Shown one piece after another: positions 8,897-18,394 of a DNA stretch of 64,000 nucleotides (position 1 is the first letter of the stretch; every line of letters begins with the position of its first letter). Position numbers and translations under genes: made by a program. The stretch comes from Vicinamibacterales bacterium. GTDB lineage: Bacteria > Acidobacteriota > Vicinamibacteria > Vicinamibacterales > UBA8438. The notes below the pieces were generated by a model that was not told the origin of the DNA, ran no database searches, and saw only the letters and a list, made by a program, of their open reading frames with translations. The stretch is from contig CBDBKJ010000006.1 in assembly GCA_965206705.1 (NCBI GenBank), positions 1,849,355 to 1,913,354 of the forward strand. Reading direction: 5' to 3'.

Positions 8897-10246
8897 TCAG
8901 ATGTTCGCCAGCTCCTTGATCCGCCCCGTCGCGTCGCCGAAGTTCCCGGCCGAGACCCCGGCCTTGTCGAGCAGGCTGACGAGCAGGTTGTTCACCGGCG
9001 TGTCCTTCGGGTACAGCAGGTGCCGCCCGCCCTCGAGGCGTCCGGCGCCGCCGCCCACCACGATCTCCGGCAGATCGAAGTGCGCGTGGTCGTTGCTGTC
9101 TCCGAGCCCGCCGCCGTACATCACCATCGCATGGTCCAGCACCGAGCCCGCCCCGTCCGGGGCCGTCCGCAGGTTCTCGAGCAGGTGGGTGAACAGGCTC
9201 ACGTGATACGTGTTGATTCTCGCGAGCTTGTCGAGCTTCTCCGGATCGTTTCGATGATGCGACAACCCGTGATGGGGGTCGGGCACCCCGAGGTGCGGAT
9301 AGGTCCGCCCCCCCAGCTCCCGGCCGAGCATGAAGGTGAAGACGCGGGTGATATCCGCCTGCCACGCCAGCGAGACCAGATCGAACATCAGCCTGACGTG
9401 GTCCTCGAAGTTGTCGGGAATGCCGACGGGACGGGCCAGCGCCGGCAGCTCGGCGTCGGCGCTCTGCGCCTCGGACAACGTGATGCGGTGTTCGAGGGCC
9501 CGGATGGAGTCGAGATACTGATCGAGCCGGGCCCGGTCACCCGCCCCGATGGAGCGTTCGAGGCCCGCGAGATCGTCGGTGACCGAATCGAGAATGCTGC
9601 GATCCCGCCGCATCTCGGCCACGCGCTGCTCGGTCGTTCCCCCGTCGCCGAAGAGCCGCTCGAACACCACGCGGGGGTTGTTCTCCATCGGCAGCGGCGT
9701 CGTCGGCGACCGCCAGGCGACGGTGTTCAGATAAACGCAGCTGTAGCCGTTCTCGCAGTTCCCGACGAGCCCGTCGAGATCGATAGCGAGCTCCAGCGAC
9801 GGCAGCGGCGTGTCCCGGCCGATATGCTGCGCGGCCAGCTGGTCCGCGGTCGTCCCGGCCTGCACGTCCGAGCCTTCGGTCTGCCTCGGGTGAATCCCGT
9901 TCAGCCACGTCGAGCTGGCCCGCGAATGCTCGCCGTTCCCGTCTCCGAGCGGCTCGGCCTGCCCGTGGGCGAGGCCGCTCACCACCGTGAGCTGATCGCG
10001 ATACGGCGCCAGCGGCTGCAGGATGGGCGACAGCTCGAAGCCGGGCCCGGTCCCGGCCGGCGTCCACTGCTGCATCACCGCCCCGTTGGGGATGTAGATG
10101 AACCCGAGCCGCCGGACGGGACGCGCCGCGGTCCGGGCCTCCGCCGTCAGCGCCGGCACCATGGCGTCGAGCAGGGGCAGGGCGACGGTCGCGCCCAAAC
10201 CGCGCAGGAACGTCCGGCGGGGCAGCGACAGCTTTCTGATCATCAT
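8897..10246 (-). CDS. DUF1552 domain protein, TAT-exported (module 1)
   Basis: MMIRKLSLPRRTFLRGLGATVALPLLDAMVP (twin-arginine signal). Contains the GVPDPHHGLSHH motif. The start overlaps the stop of the upstream DUF1592 gene (TAATG). Confidence 0.85.
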   Translation of the reverse strand: MMIRKLSLPRRTFLRGLGATVALPLLDAMVPALTAEARTAARPVRRLGFIYIPNGAVMQQWTPAGTGPGFELSPILQPLAPYRDQLTVVSGLAHGQAEPLGDGNGEHSRASSTWLNGIHPRQTEGSDVQAGTTADQLAAQHIGRDTPLPSLELAIDLDGLVGNCENGYSCVYLNTVAWRSPTTPLPMENNPRVVFERLFGDGGTTEQRVAEMRRDRSILDSVTDDLAGLERSIGAGDRARLDQYLDSIRALEHRITLSEAQSADAELPALARPVGIPDNFEDHVRLMFDLVSLAWQADITRVFTFMLGRELGGRTYPHLGVPDPHHGLSHHRNDPEKLDKLARINTYHVSLFTHLLENLRTAPDGAGSVLDHAMVMYGGGLGDSNDHAHFDLPEIVVGGGAGRLEGGRHLLYPKDTPVNNLLVSLLDKAGVSAGNFGDATGRIKELANI

Positions 10247-12678
10247 TACCGGGTTCTCCTCATCTGGAAGGGCGGGCTCTTGATGACACCCAGGATGAGC
10301 GACGAGAAACGATGTCCGTCCGCGGCGGCCTCGCGCGTGATGGCGCGGATGGCCGGCGCATCGTGATGTTCGACCCCGCGGCCGAGGGCATAGATCAGCA
10401 GCTTCTCGGTCAGGGTGGTGACGAACAGATCGGGACGGCCGAGGAGCGCGTCGCGCAACCCCGCGGCCCCTTCGAACGCGGTGCCGTCCGGGAGCACGCC
10501 GGAGGCGTCGATCGGGGTATTGGCCTCGTTGCGGGTGCGATAGCGCCCCACCGCGTCGAACTGCTCGAGGGCGAAGCCCGGCGGGTCCATCAGCCGGTGG
10601 CAGCTCGCGCACACCGGGTTGGCCCGGTGCTGCTCCATCGCCTCGCGCATCGACAGCGCCGCCCCGTCGCCGGTGGTCTCCTCGAGCGACGGCACGTCGG
10701 GCGGGGGCAGCGGGGGCGGGGTGCCGAGCAGGTTCTCGAGCACCCACTTGCCGCGCAACACCGGAGACGTCCGGGTGGGGTACGCCGTCGCCGCGAGAAT
10801 GCTGCCCTGGCCCAGCAGCCCCCGGCGCGAGGCGTCGGGCAGCGTGACGCGCCGGAAATGGCTGCCGTAGACGTTCGGCAGACCGTAATGGCGGGCCAGC
10901 CGTTCGTTGACGAAGGTGTAGTCCGCGGTCAGGAAGTCGAGCACGCTGCGGTCCTCGCGCAGCACGCTGCCGAAGAACAGCTCGGTTTCCCGCTGGAACG
11001 ACCGCCGCAGCGCCTCGCCGAAGTCCGGAAACCGATCTTCGTCGGGGGTCAGCGCCCGCACGTTGCGCAGATACAGCCACTGCCCCGCGAAGTTCTCGAC
11101 CAGCGCCTCGGCCCGCGGGTCGGCGAGCATCCGGCGGGTCTGCGCCTCGATCACCTCGGGCCGGTGCAGCGTCCCCGCGGCGGCGAGGTCGAGCAGCTCG
11201 TCGTCGGGGATGCTGCTCCACAGGAAGAAGGAGAGCCGCGACGCGAGCTCGACGTCGGGGACGCGGTACGGCGTGCCGGGCGCCGCGTCGGCCGGGTCCC
11301 GCTCGACCCGGAACAGGAACTCGGGGCTCGCCAGCAATCGCCGGAGCCCCAGCTCGACCCCCGCCTCGAATCCGCCGTCGGCGCGCCCCTGTGCGTAGAA
11401 ATCGAGGAGCACCGCCAGATCGCGCTCCGTGACCGGCCGGCGATAGGCGCGCCGGGCCAGCGTCGAGAAAATCTCCCGCGCGCAGGCGGCCTCGTCATCG
11501 GCGCCGCCGGAAGCCGGACGGCAGACGAAGATGCGATCCCGGCTGGGAGTGCCCTCGACCGGCCGCGCCCCGCTCGCCTCGAACGGACCGGCGACGGTGA
11601 CGCTGCCGACGTAAGGCTGATACCGCGTATCGCCCCCGGTGATGCTCGTGTACGGACGCAGGAACGGCTGCCGCAGCGTCTCCGCATAGGCGGACGTCTT
11701 CTGGTGGAACGTCACCTGCACGGTGTGCGGACCCGCCCGTACCGGCACCCGGACCTCCCAGGCGTCGTCGAGCGCCCGCTGGCGGGCCAGCCACTCCCGA
11801 TATTCGGGGCTGCTGCGCGGTCCCGGCGGCGGGGGCTCGCCCGCGGTGAACGTCTGCAGCGGCTCGCCGTCCAGGCTCACCTCGAGCTGGTGCGGGGTGT
11901 CGAACGGCTTCAGGGTACCGCTGGCATCGCGGGAGAGCTGGACTCGGATGCCGTACACCGCATCTTCCGGAAACGTGAAGTCGAAACTCGTCCCGCCGCG
12001 GGTGCCGAACGGCAACCCGTCGACCCGGACGTCCTGGGTCAGGTCGGTGACGAGGCGGTACGTCTCGGCCGTCGCCGACGGGGCCGGTCGCCCGATGGCC
12101 AGCCGGCTGATCTTCTTCGCGGCCGACAGATAGCGTTCCAGCAGCGTCGGCGAGATGCCGAGCACCCCCGCGATGTTGTCGAACCCGTAGCTGCCGTCGT
12201 CGGCCGGCAGCAGCGCCGCGACGTCGACCTCGAGGTCCAGGAGATCCCGGATGACGTTGTGATACTCGCTGCGATTGAGCCGATGGAAGGTGTCGGTGCG
12301 CCCGGGATCGGGATTCCGCGCCGCCGCCGCGTCGAGCTCGGTCTCGAGCCAGGCGGTGAACCCCTCGTAGGCCGCCGGATCCGGGCGCGGCCGGGGGGCG
12401 GGGGGCATGGCGCCGGCCCGCAGCCTCCGCACCACCTTCTCCCAGATCTCGGGGTGGGCGCCGACGTCGGCGACGTCGGCGGTGTCGAGGGTCAGGTCCG
12501 CGACCCGCAGCCGCTCGTTGTGACAGGTGACGCAGTAGCGGTCGAGCAGGGCCCGCTCGGCCGACGCGGCGCCGCCCGACGCCGGCTGCCCCGCCGCGGC
12601 GCCCGCGCCGAAGACGGCCGAGCCGACCGTGAACGCCGCGGCCATCCGTACCAGGAGCATCCGCATCGATCCGCTCAC
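10246..12678 (-). CDS. DUF1592/DUF1588/DUF1585-type protein with PSCyt-like heme motifs (module 1)
   Basis: Signal peptide, then LLDRYCVTCHN and later ANPVCASCHRLMDPPGFALEQFD (two CxxCH motifs). Paralogs lie at 38915..41320 and 49340..51850. Confidence 0.85.
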   Translation of the reverse strand: MSGSMRMLLVRMAAAFTVGSAVFGAGAAAGQPASGGAASAERALLDRYCVTCHNERLRVADLTLDTADVADVGAHPEIWEKVVRRLRAGAMPPAPRPRPDPAAYEGFTAWLETELDAAAARNPDPGRTDTFHRLNRSEYHNVIRDLLDLEVDVAALLPADDGSYGFDNIAGVLGISPTLLERYLSAAKKISRLAIGRPAPSATAETYRLVTDLTQDVRVDGLPFGTRGGTSFDFTFPEDAVYGIRVQLSRDASGTLKPFDTPHQLEVSLDGEPLQTFTAGEPPPPGPRSSPEYREWLARQRALDDAWEVRVPVRAGPHTVQVTFHQKTSAYAETLRQPFLRPYTSITGGDTRYQPYVGSVTVAGPFEASGARPVEGTPSRDRIFVCRPASGGADDEAACAREIFSTLARRAYRRPVTERDLAVLLDFYAQGRADGGFEAGVELGLRRLLASPEFLFRVERDPADAAPGTPYRVPDVELASRLSFFLWSSIPDDELLDLAAAGTLHRPEVIEAQTRRMLADPRAEALVENFAGQWLYLRNVRALTPDEDRFPDFGEALRRSFQRETELFFGSVLREDRSVLDFLTADYTFVNERLARHYGLPNVYGSHFRRVTLPDASRRGLLGQGSILAATAYPTRTSPVLRGKWVLENLLGTPPPLPPPDVPSLEETTGDGAALSMREAMEQHRANPVCASCHRLMDPPGFALEQFDAVGRYRTRNEANTPIDASGVLPDGTAFEGAAGLRDALLGRPDLFVTTLTEKLLIYALGRGVEHHDAPAIRAITREAAADGHRFSSLILGVIKSPPFQMRRTR

Positions 12679-12791
12679 CCCTCAGTCTCGCAATCGGGAA
12701 ATCGCCGCCCGCAGCTCCGTCGCCGCCTGGCGGAGCCGACGCCTCAACCAAGCCCGCCAGAGCCGGAAACGCGCAGGGTGATCCTACACCA

Positions 12792-12837
12792 GCGCGACCT
12801 TACGGTCGCGTTGGAAGTTTCGCTGACGCGAAACTTC
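12792..12837. repeat. Two adjacent perfect hairpins in the divergent intergenic region
   Basis: CGCGACC-TTAC-GGTCGCG (12793-12810) is a copy of the hairpin at 2971-2990. GAAGTTTCGC-TGAC-GCGAAACTTC (12814-12837) has a 10-bp perfect stem. Confidence 0.7.
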
Positions 12838-13120
12838 TGCGGCGCAGGCTCCCAGCTTCACCGGCGTGTCCGGGGAAAACCGTTTCGAGGCGTTGGACGG
12901 CATGTGGGGCGACCCGGCTTCAGCGGCGCGTCCCGGGAAACCGTCCCCTCGTCCGGCCTTCGCCGACAGCTCCTCGGCAACCTCTGGCGCCCCGCCGTCG
13001 ACCCCTGTCTCTCCCCGTCCCCGGCGTCACCGTCCCGCGGCCGGCCCGGACCGCTGTTTTCGGTATGATAGGCACGATCACATCAGTCAGCGGACTACAA
13101 CTCCACGAGGAAGATACGCC

Positions 13121-13999
13121 ATGACGACCAGCACACGCCCGCGGCTCGCGGTCTCGCTCGCCTTCTCCGCCGTTGCGGCGCTCACCGTGGCCGCCGGGAT
13201 CGGGGCGCAACCCGATTTTTCCGCGGTCGAGATCTCGACGCACCACGTCGCCGGCACCGTGCACTATCTGCAGGGGCAGGGCGGCAACATCGGCCTCTCG
13301 ATCGGCGATCAGGGCGTGGTCATGATCGACGACCAGTTCGCGCCGCTCAGCGAACGCATCGCCGCCGCCATCGGGGGCATCTCGAACGGTGACATCCGGT
13401 TCCTCATCAACACCCACGTCCACGGGGACCACACCGGCGGCAACGCGAACTTCGCGGCGATGGGCATCCCGATTCTCGCCCAGGATCGGGTCCGCAGCCG
13501 CCTCGCCGCGAACCGGCCGCCGGAGGCCCTGCCCGTCCTGACCTACAGCGAGGACGTCACCATCCACCTCAACGGCGAGGAGGTGCACGTCATCCCGACG
13601 CCGCCGGCGCATACCGACGGCGACAGCATCATCCACTTCGTGGACTCCGACGTCATCCACACCGGCGACATGTTCCGCACCGTGGCGTTCCCGGTCATCG
13701 ACCGCGGCAACGGCGGAACCCTGCCCGGCACGATCGAGGCGCTCGGGATCCTGGCCGGCATGGCGGGACCGGACACGAAGATCCTCCCCGGCCACGGGGT
13801 GGTGTCGGGCCGCGCGGACGTCATCGAGTTCCGCGACATGGTCATCACCGTCGCCGGCCGCGTCGAGGCGCTGGTCGAGGGGGGCGCCGGCAGCTACGAC
13901 GAGGTCGCCGCCGCCGACCCGACGGCGGAGTTCAACGACAAGTGGGGCGACCCGAACCGTTTCCTCACCGCGGTCTACGAGGAGCTGGCCGGAGACTGA
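13121..13999 (+). CDS. MBL-fold metallo-hydrolase, secreted
   Basis: Signal peptide followed by LINTHVHGDHTGGN (the HxHxDH zinc motif). Confidence 0.85.
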   Translation: MTTSTRPRLAVSLAFSAVAALTVAAGIGAQPDFSAVEISTHHVAGTVHYLQGQGGNIGLSIGDQGVVMIDDQFAPLSERIAAAIGGISNGDIRFLINTHVHGDHTGGNANFAAMGIPILAQDRVRSRLAANRPPEALPVLTYSEDVTIHLNGEEVHVIPTPPAHTDGDSIIHFVDSDVIHTGDMFRTVAFPVIDRGNGGTLPGTIEALGILAGMAGPDTKILPGHGVVSGRADVIEFRDMVITVAGRVEALVEGGAGSYDEVAAADPTAEFNDKWGDPNRFLTAVYEELAGD

Positions 14000-14185
14000 T
14001 TCCGGCGGCCGGCCCGCGCGGCCGGCTCGCCGCCTGGAGCCCGTGGTGACACCCCTCGTTGAACCGATCGCGTGCAGCGGGGCCTTTCACCACGGGCTCC
14101 GGGTCCGTGGCAGGACCGCGGAGCCTCTTGTCACGGGCTGCCGAAGGTCCGGCCGACAGCGCCTCTCTCGGGAACGGGAGATGAC

Positions 14186-16243
14186 ATGCAAGGTCTGCGA
14201 ATGCGGGAAGTCGTTGTCGTCGCCGGCGCGGCGCTCGTCCTCGCGGCCGGCCTGAGCCGGGCGCAGGACGCGGCGTCCCCGCGGGTCCTGTCGGCGCGCG
14301 ATACGCTGCGCATCAACCAGGTCGGCGGCCCCGAGCTGTCGCCCGACGGCGAGTGGGTCGTCTACACGGTGCGGTCGCGCGACATGGACGACCCCGACCT
14401 CGAGGCGGTCACCCACGTCTGGCGCGTGCGCGCCGCCGGCGCCGGCAACCGCCAGCTCACTCGCGGCCCGAAGAGCGCCACCTCGCCGGCGTGGTCGCCC
14501 GACGGCACGACCATCGCCTTCCTCGCCGCCCGCAGCGAGGGGGAGGATGCGAAGACGCAGGTGCACTTCCTGTACGCCGACGGCGGCGAGGCGTGGCAGG
14601 TCACCGAGCACGACGAGTCGGTGGGATCCTTCGAGTTCGCGCCGGACGGCTCCGCTCTCCTGTTCACGGCACGCGACCCTCTCCCGGAAGAGGAGGAGGA
14701 GCGGCGCAAGGAAGAAGGCGACGCCGAGGTGGTGGACGAGTCGTTCCGGATGACCCATCTCTGGCTGCACGATCTGGAGACGGACGAGACAAGGCGGCTG
14801 ACCGAGGGCGACTTCACGGTCGGCAGCCCCGACTGGTCGCCCGACTCGCGGCAGATCGCGTTCGTGACCCGGCCGAACCCCACTGCCAACGACGGCTGGC
14901 GGAGCGACGTGTGGGTGGTCGACGCGGCGACCGGCGAGCGGCGGCTCCTCCACGAGAACGGCGGCAGCGACACGTCTCCGCGCTGGTCGCCCGACGGGCG
15001 CACCATCGCGTTCGCCTCGAACGCGACCGCGTCGAGCAATACACGGCACGACAAGCTGTACCTCGCCAGCCCGGACGGCGGGCCGACGCGCGTGCTCCTC
15101 GAGGACGTCGACCGGCAGTTCACCGCCCCCATCTGGTCGGCGAACGGACGTTACGTCTTCTGGCCGACGGGCGAAGGTACCTCGACCGGCCTGTTCCGGG
15201 TCAGCATCGAGTCGGGCGCGGTGATCACCGCGTCGGCCCCCGGCGGCCGCAACGGCGCGTGGTCGCTCTCCGACGACGGGACGCGGTGGGCGTGGGTCCG
15301 CACCGGCCCCGACCGGCCCGGCGAGATCTACACCGCGACGGCCGATGGCGAGCCGGTCCGGCTGACCGACGCGAACAAGTGGCTCCGTGACGAGGGCGTG
15401 CAGCTCGGCGCGGTCGAGACCGTGCGCTGGACGAACAGCGGCGGCGAGACGATCGAAGGGGTGCTGACGAAGCCCGTCGGCTACGAGGAAGGCCGCGCCT
15501 ATCCGTTCATCGTCAATCCCCACGGCGGCCCGACCGGCGCGTCGCTCGAAGCCTTCAACACCGCCGCCCAGTTCTTCGCCGGCAACGGCTACGTCGTCCT
15601 CCAGCCGAACTTCCGCGGCAGCACCAACTACGGTCAGGCGTTCGTGAGCGCCAACATCGACGCCTGGGGCGTCACCGACTACGACGACGTCATGACCGGG
15701 GTGGACCACGCCATCGCCATGGGGTGGGCCGACCCCGACCGCCTCATCTGCTACGGGTGGAGCTACGGCGGGTACCTGTCGGCGTGGATCGTGACCCAGA
15801 CCGGCCGGTTCAAGGCGGTGTCGCCGGGCGCAGGCCTCACCAACCTGTTCAGCATGTACAGCACGAACGACATCCAGGACTATCTGGCGTCGTTCTTCGG
15901 CGGGACGCCGTGGACCGCCACCGAGAACTACCGCGAGCACTCGCCCATCACCCACGTGGCCGGCGTGACGAGCCCGGTGCTGCTGATGCACGGCGGCAGC
16001 GACACCCGGGTGCCGCCCGAGCAGTCGGTCGAGTTCTTCCGGGCGCTGAGGGACCTCGGGAAGGACGTCACGTTCGTCCGATTCCCGCGCGAGGGGCACG
16101 GCATCGCCGAGCCGCTCCACCAGATGGACCGGCTGCGGCGCTACGCCGCGTTCTTCGGCGAGCACGTGGACAACCCGCCTGTCAGCGAGAGCCAGCCGCA
16201 CGAGGCGGAGACCACCGAGGACGAGGACAGCGAGGGACAGTGA
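14186..16243 (+). CDS. S9-family serine peptidase (prolyl oligopeptidase / dipeptidyl aminopeptidase type)
   Basis: N-terminal beta-propeller (repeated SPDG/WSPDG blades) and a C-terminal alpha/beta hydrolase with GWSYGGYLS and LLMHGGSDTRVP. Confidence 0.9.
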   Translation: MQGLRMREVVVVAGAALVLAAGLSRAQDAASPRVLSARDTLRINQVGGPELSPDGEWVVYTVRSRDMDDPDLEAVTHVWRVRAAGAGNRQLTRGPKSATSPAWSPDGTTIAFLAARSEGEDAKTQVHFLYADGGEAWQVTEHDESVGSFEFAPDGSALLFTARDPLPEEEEERRKEEGDAEVVDESFRMTHLWLHDLETDETRRLTEGDFTVGSPDWSPDSRQIAFVTRPNPTANDGWRSDVWVVDAATGERRLLHENGGSDTSPRWSPDGRTIAFASNATASSNTRHDKLYLASPDGGPTRVLLEDVDRQFTAPIWSANGRYVFWPTGEGTSTGLFRVSIESGAVITASAPGGRNGAWSLSDDGTRWAWVRTGPDRPGEIYTATADGEPVRLTDANKWLRDEGVQLGAVETVRWTNSGGETIEGVLTKPVGYEEGRAYPFIVNPHGGPTGASLEAFNTAAQFFAGNGYVVLQPNFRGSTNYGQAFVSANIDAWGVTDYDDVMTGVDHAIAMGWADPDRLICYGWSYGGYLSAWIVTQTGRFKAVSPGAGLTNLFSMYSTNDIQDYLASFFGGTPWTATENYREHSPITHVAGVTSPVLLMHGGSDTRVPPEQSVEFFRALRDLGKDVTFVRFPREGHGIAEPLHQMDRLRRYAAFFGEHVDNPPVSESQPHEAETTEDEDSEGQ

Positions 16244-16245
16244 CG

Positions 16246-17244
16246 ATGACGCTCAACAAGAAGGTAAGGCGATTCGTGCCGACGCTCCCAGGGACGGTTC
16301 TCGGAGTCATCGTCGGATTCCTGGTTCTTGCTTCGACGATGGGCGGCGCCGCGGCACAGACGAGCCAGCCGGGCCTGCGCCTCGATCTCGACGAGATCCG
16401 GGCCATCGCCAACCGCGTGCGGGCCGGCCGCAGCCTGCAGCCCGCATCATGGCCGAACGGCGCCCGCGTCGCGGTGATGATCTCGTTCGACGTCGACAAC
16501 GACACCATCCAGATCGCGCGCAACGCCGAGCCGTCGATCGGGGCGATGTCGCAGGGCGAGTACGGCGCGCGGGTCGGCCTGCAGCGGGTCGTCGACCTGA
16601 TGGACCACCACGAGATTCCGGCGTCGTTCTTCATCCCCGCCGTCAGCCTCGTGCTGCGGCCCGAGATGGTGGACATCATCCAGGCCTCGGGACGGCACGA
16701 GTTCGCGGTGCACGGCTGGATCCACGAGCTGAACAGCGAGCTCGACGTCGAGACCGAGCGCGACCTCGTCATCCGGGCCACGAACTACCTGGAGCAGGTC
16801 ACGGGAAGCCGCCCCGTGGGCTACCGCGCCCCGTCGTGGAACTTCAGCCCCAACACCCTCGACATCATCCGGGGCCTCGGGTTCCTGTACGACAGCTCGC
16901 TGATGGCCGACGACCGCCCCTACGAACTGCTGCAGAACGGCGAGGCGACCGGGATCGTCGAGCTGCCGGTGGAGTGGATTCTCGACGACGCCCCGCTGAT
17001 GAACCCGCGCGGCAACAGCTATACGCCGCCGCGAGAGCTGCTGCAGGTGTACATCGACGAGTTCGACAAGGCCTGGGAGGAAGGCACCATGTTCCTCCTC
17101 ACGACGCACCCGCACATCATCGGCCACCGCTCGCGCATGGTGATCCTCGAGGAGCTCGTCGACCACATCGAGGCGAAGGGCGACGTGTGGTTCGCGACCC
17201 ACGAGCAGGTCGCGCGCTACGTCAAGGAGCAGGCCGGGCTGTGA
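16246..17244 (+). CDS. Polysaccharide deacetylase family protein (PuuE-like)
   Basis: Starts 3 nt after the peptidase stop. Membrane anchor, then ARVAVMISFDVDNDT...HGWIHE...YRAPSW, typical of the NodB/PuuE fold. Confidence 0.8.
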   Translation: MTLNKKVRRFVPTLPGTVLGVIVGFLVLASTMGGAAAQTSQPGLRLDLDEIRAIANRVRAGRSLQPASWPNGARVAVMISFDVDNDTIQIARNAEPSIGAMSQGEYGARVGLQRVVDLMDHHEIPASFFIPAVSLVLRPEMVDIIQASGRHEFAVHGWIHELNSELDVETERDLVIRATNYLEQVTGSRPVGYRAPSWNFSPNTLDIIRGLGFLYDSSLMADDRPYELLQNGEATGIVELPVEWILDDAPLMNPRGNSYTPPRELLQVYIDEFDKAWEEGTMFLLTTHPHIIGHRSRMVILEELVDHIEAKGDVWFATHEQVARYVKEQAGL

Positions 17245-17623
17245 GCCCGTGGCAAGACCCGGGTCCCACCGAGACGGGCGGCGGGCCGAACGCGCCCGTG
17301 CGTCGAGACGTGACGAGGGAGCGTATCCGAAGGGCAGAGCGCATCGCCGATCGACGCAGCGGGCTCGGCCACTGCTCCTGGCCCGAATCCGGCTCCGGTG
17401 CGCGGTGAACGCCGGGGAACACGCCCTCGTATAATAATCCGGGTGTGGCTTGGCAGCGCGTGGTGGCACCCTGCGTTGCACCGAGAGTGGCGAGGCGCCC
17501 GCCTGGCAAAGCGTGAGGAGGGCGCATATTGGTCGTATGCAACCGACGAACAAAGCAGTCAGGCGGAGCGCATCGCCGCTCGAATGCAGCGGGGACGTTC
17601 GCCACGGGCCAGAGGGGGTGTTC

Positions 17624-18388
17624 ATGTTGCGAATGTGCGCGCGGATTCTGATTCTCGGGGTGGCCGGCGGTTTCGCGGCGGCGCAGCCGGCGGCCGGGCA
17701 GACCGATCCGCTGGAGATCATCGACCGGATCGACCGCCTGATGCGCGGCGACTCGAGCCGCGGCGTGGCGACGATGGAGGTGGTGACCGAGCACTGGGAG
17801 CGCGAGATGACCATGGAGATCTGGTCGCTCGGCACCGAGTACTCGCTCGTGCGCCTGCGGGCCCCGCGGCGCGACGCGGGCACCGCGACCCTGATGGCCG
17901 AGGACGACATCTGGAACTACCTGCCGAAGGTCGATCGCACCATCAAGATCCCCGCCTCGATGATGGGCGGCGCGTGGATGGGCTCGCACTTCACGAACGA
18001 CGACCTGGTCAAGGAGAGCCGGCTGATCGACGACTACGACGTCGAGATCGCCTTCGAGGGCGACCGCGACGGCACCGACGTCTGGGAGCTCCGCCTGACC
18101 CCGAAGCCGGAGGCGGCCGTCGTCTGGGGTCATATGGAGTTCCAGGTCCGGCAGCGGGACTCGATGCCGCTGTGGGCGCGGTACTACGACGAGGACGGCG
18201 AGCTGGCGCGCACCATGGAGTACAGCGCGTTCGCCGAGATGGGCGACCGCATCATCCCCGGCGTGATGGACATGCGCCCGTCCGACAAGCCGGGGGAGCG
18301 GACCACCATCCGCTACGAGGAGCTGGAGTTCGACGTCGACCTCGACACCTCCTTCTTCTCCCTCCGCACCCTGCAGCGCGGGAGATAG
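17624..18388 (+). CDS. Outer-membrane lipoprotein-sorting (LolA-like) protein
   Basis: Signal peptide MLRMCARILILGVAGGFAAAQPAAG, then IIDRIDRLMRGDSSRGVATMEVVTEHWEREMTMEIW...DDIWNYLPKVDRTIKI, typical of the LolA-like family found with FtsX-type ABC systems. Confidence 0.8.
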   Translation: MLRMCARILILGVAGGFAAAQPAAGQTDPLEIIDRIDRLMRGDSSRGVATMEVVTEHWEREMTMEIWSLGTEYSLVRLRAPRRDAGTATLMAEDDIWNYLPKVDRTIKIPASMMGGAWMGSHFTNDDLVKESRLIDDYDVEIAFEGDRDGTDVWELRLTPKPEAAVVWGHMEFQVRQRDSMPLWARYYDEDGELARTMEYSAFAEMGDRIIPGVMDMRPSDKPGERTTIRYEELEFDVDLDTSFFSLRTLQRGR

Positions 18389-18394
18389 CCGCCG

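Noticed and set aside
8772-9365. N-terminal extension of the ankyrin ORF (7311..9365), and the analogous extensions of ORFs 8897..11221, 47970..50192, 41390..43042, 42742..43932 and 44046..45344.
   Set aside because: The extensions overlap the 3' ends of upstream genes or are low-complexity. Internal ATGs followed by clean signal or TAT peptides give the sensible starts used in the feature table.
10312-13068. 918-aa plus-strand ORF, together with similar long ORFs at 14087-16201(-), 17222-19069(-), 25694-28174(+), 28996-31392(+), 34654-36927(+), 37013-39655(+), 40283-42718(+), 45935-48304(+), 49694-52180(+) and 52609-55224(-).
   Set aside because: All lie antisense to genes with clear family signatures. 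Their translations are Arg/Gly/Pro/Ala-rich low-complexity strings typical of stop-free antisense frames in ~70% GC DNA, and no recognisable motifs are present.
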